NCBI GenBank assembly: GCA_963668645.2
Contig: CAXXWC010000010.1
Span: 352,001-416,000 of the forward strand
Length of the DNA: 64,000 bases
Direction of reading: 5' to 3'
From: Desulfobacterales bacterium
GTDB lineage: Bacteria; Desulfobacterota; Desulfobacteria; Desulfobacterales; UBA2174
In this document: piece by piece, positions 59,868 to 64,000 of the stretch
How the letters are laid out: every line of letters begins with the position of its first letter
Position numbering within the stretch: position 1 is the stretch's first letter
The notes under the pieces: generated by a model
Told to the model about the DNA's origin: nothing
Database searches by the model: none
What the model saw: the letters and a program-made list of their open reading frames with translations, nothing else
Translations under genes and position numbers: made by a program

Positions 59868-61670
59868 GGCGCCAACACCTTACCGCGTGCCCCAGGTGGT
59901 AAAAGAGGGGTGGCGCTTTAAGGCAGCGCTCGTCGGCCACGGGGCATCGCAGCCGAAAGCAGCAACCGCTGGCCGGGCCTGGCAATGCCGTTCATCCCGG
60001 TCAGGGAGGGCGGCTTCGAAGCCTCCGGCCGGCCGGGCCGCTACCAGGGCCCGGGTATACGGATGACAAGGCGCATCGAGCAGGTCGGCCGCCGGGGCAT
60101 CCTCTACCACCGTGCCGGCATACATCACCACCACCCGCCCGCCGATGGCCGCAGCAAAATCCAGATCGTGGGTTACCGCCAGGATCGCTTCTTTTTCCAG
60201 CTTGTTGAACAGGGCCACCACCCCGGCCACGGCCTCCGGATCGAGCCCCTTGGTCGGCTCGTCGGCCAGAACCAGGGCCGGCCCTCCGGCCAGGGCCATG
60301 GCCAAAAGGACCCGTTGTTTCATCCCGCCGCTCAGATGATGGGGATACCCGCGGGCGTATCGGGCCGCCCGGGCCAGTCCGGCGGCCTGCAGGCAGGCGG
60401 CGACCTCGGCCCCGGCCCGGCGCCGGCCCCAGCCCAGATGGCGCCTGCCGCGTTCGGCCACCTGGCGGGCTATTGTCAGCACCGGGTTCAGGGCCGCCCC
60501 GACCCCCTGAGGCACATAGGCCGCCATCAGGCCGCGGTAGCGGCGCCGCCGGGCAGGCTCCCAATGGGCGATATCCTCGCCGGCCCAGAAGATCCGCCCG
60601 GCAGATGCGGCCTCCGGCGGCAGCAGGCCAAGAATAGCCAGCAGCAGCAGGCTCTTGCCACTGCCGGTGGCGCCGATCAGGGCGATTTTTTCCCCGGGCT
60701 GGATCTCCAGGTCGAGATTATCGACCACCGGAGCGGCATGACCTGAACCGCTAAAGCTGATGCTGAGCCCGCGAACCGCCAGCAGCGGCGGCAGCACCAG
60801 GGCCTGGCCATCCTTTGCGGGGGCGACATCCCGGGGGCAAACTTCAGCCGGGCAGGATCCGGGTCCGGAATCTGCCTTTACCGCTTCGGCATTGGTGAAC
60901 AGCCCGCCGGCCAGATTGAAGCCTGCCACGCAAAGGGAGATCAATCCCATGGGCGGAATCACCCACCACCAGTACCCGTTGACCAGGGCCCCGGCGGCAA
61001 AGGCGTCGTGAATCATGCTGCCCCAGCTCGGATGGAGCGGATCGCCCAGCCCGAGAAAGCCAATGCCCGCCTCGGCCAGCATGGCCGCTGCCACCGCAAG
61101 AGAGGCCTTGGCCTGCAGCAGCTCCGCACAGTTGGGCAGGATGTGGTGCCCGATAAGGTGGGCATCGCCGGCGCCCATGCTGCGGGCGTTGATCACGAAG
61201 GGCGCTTCGCGCAGACTCAAGACCCGGGCGCGCACCACCCGGGCGGTGGCCGGCCAGGCGGTCAAAGTGATCACCAGGGTGACGTGCACCACCCCGGGCC
61301 CCATGAAGGCGGCCAGAACCACCACCAGCGGCAGGGTGGGAATGAGCAGGAAAACGTCGGTCAGACGCATGAGCAGGTCGTCGGCCCAGGAGCGCCAATA
61401 GCCGGCGGCGCAGCCGACTAGGGCGCCGATGAGAGTGGCGCCCACCGCGGCGCTCACCCCGATGGAAATCGAGGTAACCGATGCCAGGGCCAGCAGGGCC
61501 AACAGATCCCGGCCCGCATTGTCCGTGCCCAGAAGGTGTTCGGCTCCGGGAGCCAGGAAGGGTGCGTGCACCGGGGCCGGATCAAGGCGCGCCAGCACCA
61601 GCAATCCGAAAGCGGCCCCCAGCACCGCTGCGGCGGTCCAGGCCGCCGGCCGCTGGAAACGTTCACCCAA
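59857..61670 (-). CDS. Fused ABC permease-ATPase; C-terminal Cys motif out of frame near 59975
   Basis: HLLGTDNAGRD permease then GATGSGKS, LSGGMKQR; GCCFRLRCP...VRCW lies in another frame ending at 59857 (in-frame stop is at 59880). Confidence 0.8.
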
Positions 61671-62628
61671 GATGCTGCCCCTCTTGCAGGCGCGGATCGA
61701 TCAGGGCGTGGGCCAGGTCGGCCGCCGCATTGGCCGCCAGCACGCTCAAGGCCAGCGCTGTCAGGGACCCGGAAAGAACCGGGTAATCGCGCGCCAGCAC
61801 CGCCTGGTAGACCAGGGTGCCCATCCCCTGCAGCGAAAAGACGACCTCCACCAGGAGGGTGCCGCCCACCATGAACCCCAGGTTCAACGCCACCACCGCG
61901 ATATACGGTCCCATGACGTTCTTCAGCACGTGCCCGGACAACACCTGCCTCGGACTCAACCCCTTGCTCAGGGCGGTGAGCACGTAGGGCGCGCCGGTTT
62001 CCAGGCGCACGGCGTGGCGCATGATCATGAACTTGTAGGCCGTGCCGTGGACCACGAGCACCGCCAGCGGCAGGACCATGGGCCCGAGGCCGGCGCCGGA
62101 AGCACCCATGCCCCCCGGTGCGAAAAGATCGAAGCCGGCCGTTGCCAGCACCAGCATCATCCCCAGGCCGTATGCGGGAACGGCGTAAAGACAAAGGAAG
62201 AAGGCCGGCAGCAGGCGGTCCGGCCGGCGCCGGCTGCGCCACCCGGACAAAGCCCCGATCCAGGCGGCTGCCAGACTGGCGATGAACACCGCCGGCACCA
62301 GCAGGCGCAGGGTCCAGACAAGACGCTGGCCGATCAACTGAAGCACGGGCTGGCCGTAGTGATACGACCAGCCCCAATCGCCGTGGACAAGGTGCTTCAG
62401 GTAGAGCGCGACGCGGGCCGGCGGCGAGCGGTCGAGCCCGTACTCGGCGCGCAGCCGGGCCAGGGCCTGGGGCTGGCGGGCATCCAGATGGGCGTACCCC
62501 TCTTCGCCGATCAGATGCACCAGCGGGCCTCCGGGCATCAGGTGGACCAGAAAACAGTTCAGCCCGGCGATCATGGCCAGGGCCAGCAGGTAGAGCAACG
62601 CTTTACGGGCCAGGACACGCAGGATCAT
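61663..62628 (-). CDS. Opp/Nik-type ABC permease
   Basis: HLMPGGP, YGLDRS, TALSKGL, VEVVFS, ARDYP. Confidence 0.88.
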   Translation of the reverse strand: MILRVLARKALLYLLALAMIAGLNCFLVHLMPGGPLVHLIGEEGYAHLDARQPQALARLRAEYGLDRSPPARVALYLKHLVHGDWGWSYHYGQPVLQLIGQRLVWTLRLLVPAVFIASLAAAWIGALSGWRSRRRPDRLLPAFFLCLYAVPAYGLGMMLVLATAGFDLFAPGGMGASGAGLGPMVLPLAVLVVHGTAYKFMIMRHAVRLETGAPYVLTALSKGLSPRQVLSGHVLKNVMGPYIAVVALNLGFMVGGTLLVEVVFSLQGMGTLVYQAVLARDYPVLSGSLTALALSVLAANAAADLAHALIDPRLQEGQHLG

Positions 62629-64000
62629 GGGGCCCCCGCAGCGCGGCTGGAACCGGCGGCCGGGCGCAGCTCGCAAAGGCTCTGACGATTGACCAGACCG
62701 CCTTCGATGGGGTTGACGCACCACCCCTGCCAGCGGGTCGCGGCCGGATAGTGATACCTGGCCCAGCAAAGAGCCAGGGCCGGCAGGTTTTCGGCGTAGT
62801 AGTGCTGCATGGCGGCGTACAACCGTTCCTGTTCGGCCGTCCCGGTGGTTTGCAGCACCGCGTCGCAGAGGCGGTGAAAGGCCGGATCGTCCACGTTGGC
62901 CAGGGTGCCGCCGCCCTGGCGGCGCGAATCGAAATAGCCGCTGGCGCAGCCGGCCTCCATCACCATGCCCCAGGGGGTGGTGCGAAAAAGGACCAGATCG
63001 TAGCGGTCCTGCTGCATGCGGGCGATCCAGGTGGAAAGATCGGCGCGTTCGATCTCCAGCGCGATACCCACCTGGCGGAAGTTGTACTCGATAATCGGCA
63101 GCAGGCCGTCGGTGCCCTCCAGGTCCGAACGGGCCAGGAGGGTCAAAACCAGATTCGGGCCGCCGGGCAGGTTCAGGATCCCGTCGGCGTCGGTATCGGT
63201 AAATCCGGCCGCCGCCAGCCGGCGGCGGCTTTCCTCGGGGCGATGGACCAGGGCCGGCAACTCGGTGCGAAATGCGAAGGCCGGCGGCACGAATCCGGCG
63301 CTGGGCACCCGGCCGTCGGGGCCGAGCAGGCTCTGGCCGAGCCGTTCATAGTCCAGGGCCGGGACGATGGCATGGCGCCAGTCGGACCGGGAAACCGGCA
63401 AATGGCGCAGGTTGAAACCCAGGGCCGCCGGCACCCCCATGGCATCGGCCGCAGGCTGCTGCAGATTGGCGGCCCGCGCCAGCCGTGGCCGGTAGGCCGG
63501 GGGAAAGCCCGAAGCGTACTTGTAGTAGACGTCGATATCGCCGCGTTCCAGGGCCAGGACGAGATTGTCAAAGGAACGGTTCAGGAAAAATTCCAGCCCC
63601 TCCACCGCGGGTGCCGGCCCGTAATAGGCGGGGTTTTTCTGAAAGCGGATCCGCCCGTTCTGCGCATCGAAGCTATCGAAGACAAAGGGGCCGCACCCCA
63701 TGGCGACCGGCGCCTGGCCCGGTCGCAGCGGATCGGCCACATCCTGCCACACGTGGCGCGGCAGGATGCGCACGATAAATCCGCCGTTGATCAGAAAGCG
63801 GCTGTAGGGGCGGGTCAGGTGAAAGACGATCCGCGAGCCGTCGGTATGGATCTCCCTGACCAGATCCGCGATCCAGGCCGAGGCCGGATGATGGGCCGCC
63901 AGGTACTGGAAGGTGAACTTCACATCCCCGGTGGTCACCGGCCGCCCGTCGTGCCAGCGGGCGTTGCCGCGAAGCTCGAAGCGCCACTGGCTCCCGTCCG
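62625..64000 (-). CDS. ABC substrate-binding protein family 5, 5' end beyond window
   Basis: RWHDGRPVTTGDVKFTF, ILPRHVW, MGCGPF. Confidence 0.85.
   Translation of the reverse strand, partial: DGSQWRFELRGNARWHDGRPVTTGDVKFTFQYLAAHHPASAWIADLVREIHTDGSRIVFHLTRPYSRFLINGGFIVRILPRHVWQDVADPLRPGQAPVAMGCGPFVFDSFDAQNGRIRFQKNPAYYGPAPAVEGLEFFLNRSFDNLVLALERGDIDVYYKYASGFPPAYRPRLARAANLQQPAADAMGVPAALGFNLRHLPVSRSDWRHAIVPALDYERLGQSLLGPDGRVPSAGFVPPAFAFRTELPALVHRPEESRRRLAAAGFTDTDADGILNLPGGPNLVLTLLARSDLEGTDGLLPIIEYNFRQVGIALEIERADLSTWIARMQQDRYDLVLFRTTPWGMVMEAGCASGYFDSRRQGGGTLANVDDPAFHRLCDAVLQTTGTAEQERLYAAMQHYYAENLPALALCWARYHYPAATRWQGWCVNPIEGGLVNRQSLCELRPAAGSSRAAGAP

Overview
Accessory region of an anaerobic Desulfobacterota-like bacterium (taxonomy inferred from gene content, not shown directly). 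1-6.5 kb: SAM methyltransferase, then a minus-strand DASS transporter, DHH exopolyphosphatase and LysR regulator; the first two share a 17-bp LysR-type box. 6.5-20 kb: nested mobile DNA (IS66 inside a decayed DDE transposase, a DUF4338/ISKra4-like remnant, and IS3 and ISAs1 both inserted in an internally deleted group IIC intron) plus a decayed AT-rich integron-cassette-like array with intron remnants at three attC-like junctions. 21.7-46.4 kb: a GC-rich metal/cofactor acquisition island with three TonB-dependent receptors, three FmdE proteins, DUF3842-CooT, a periplasmic [FeFe]-hydrogenase, a TM1266-type regulator, a His-rich peptide, signal-peptide-bearing tetrapyrrole-methylase homologues, DUF4198, PduO and a FecCD ABC transporter. 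Two signals stand out: (1) five leaders share an attenuator-like design of two (R)YGAA-loop hairpins, the second overlapping an intrinsic terminator; (2) one TonB receptor contains an in-frame TGA-ATT-TGA followed by a SECIS-like hairpin, a candidate U-x-U selenoprotein. 46.5-64 kb: TetR with tandem operators, two Opp/Nik-type ABC operons, and SNF2 and BsuBI/PstI-type methyltransferase pseudogenes. All calls come from reading motifs by eye; no searches or folding programs were run.
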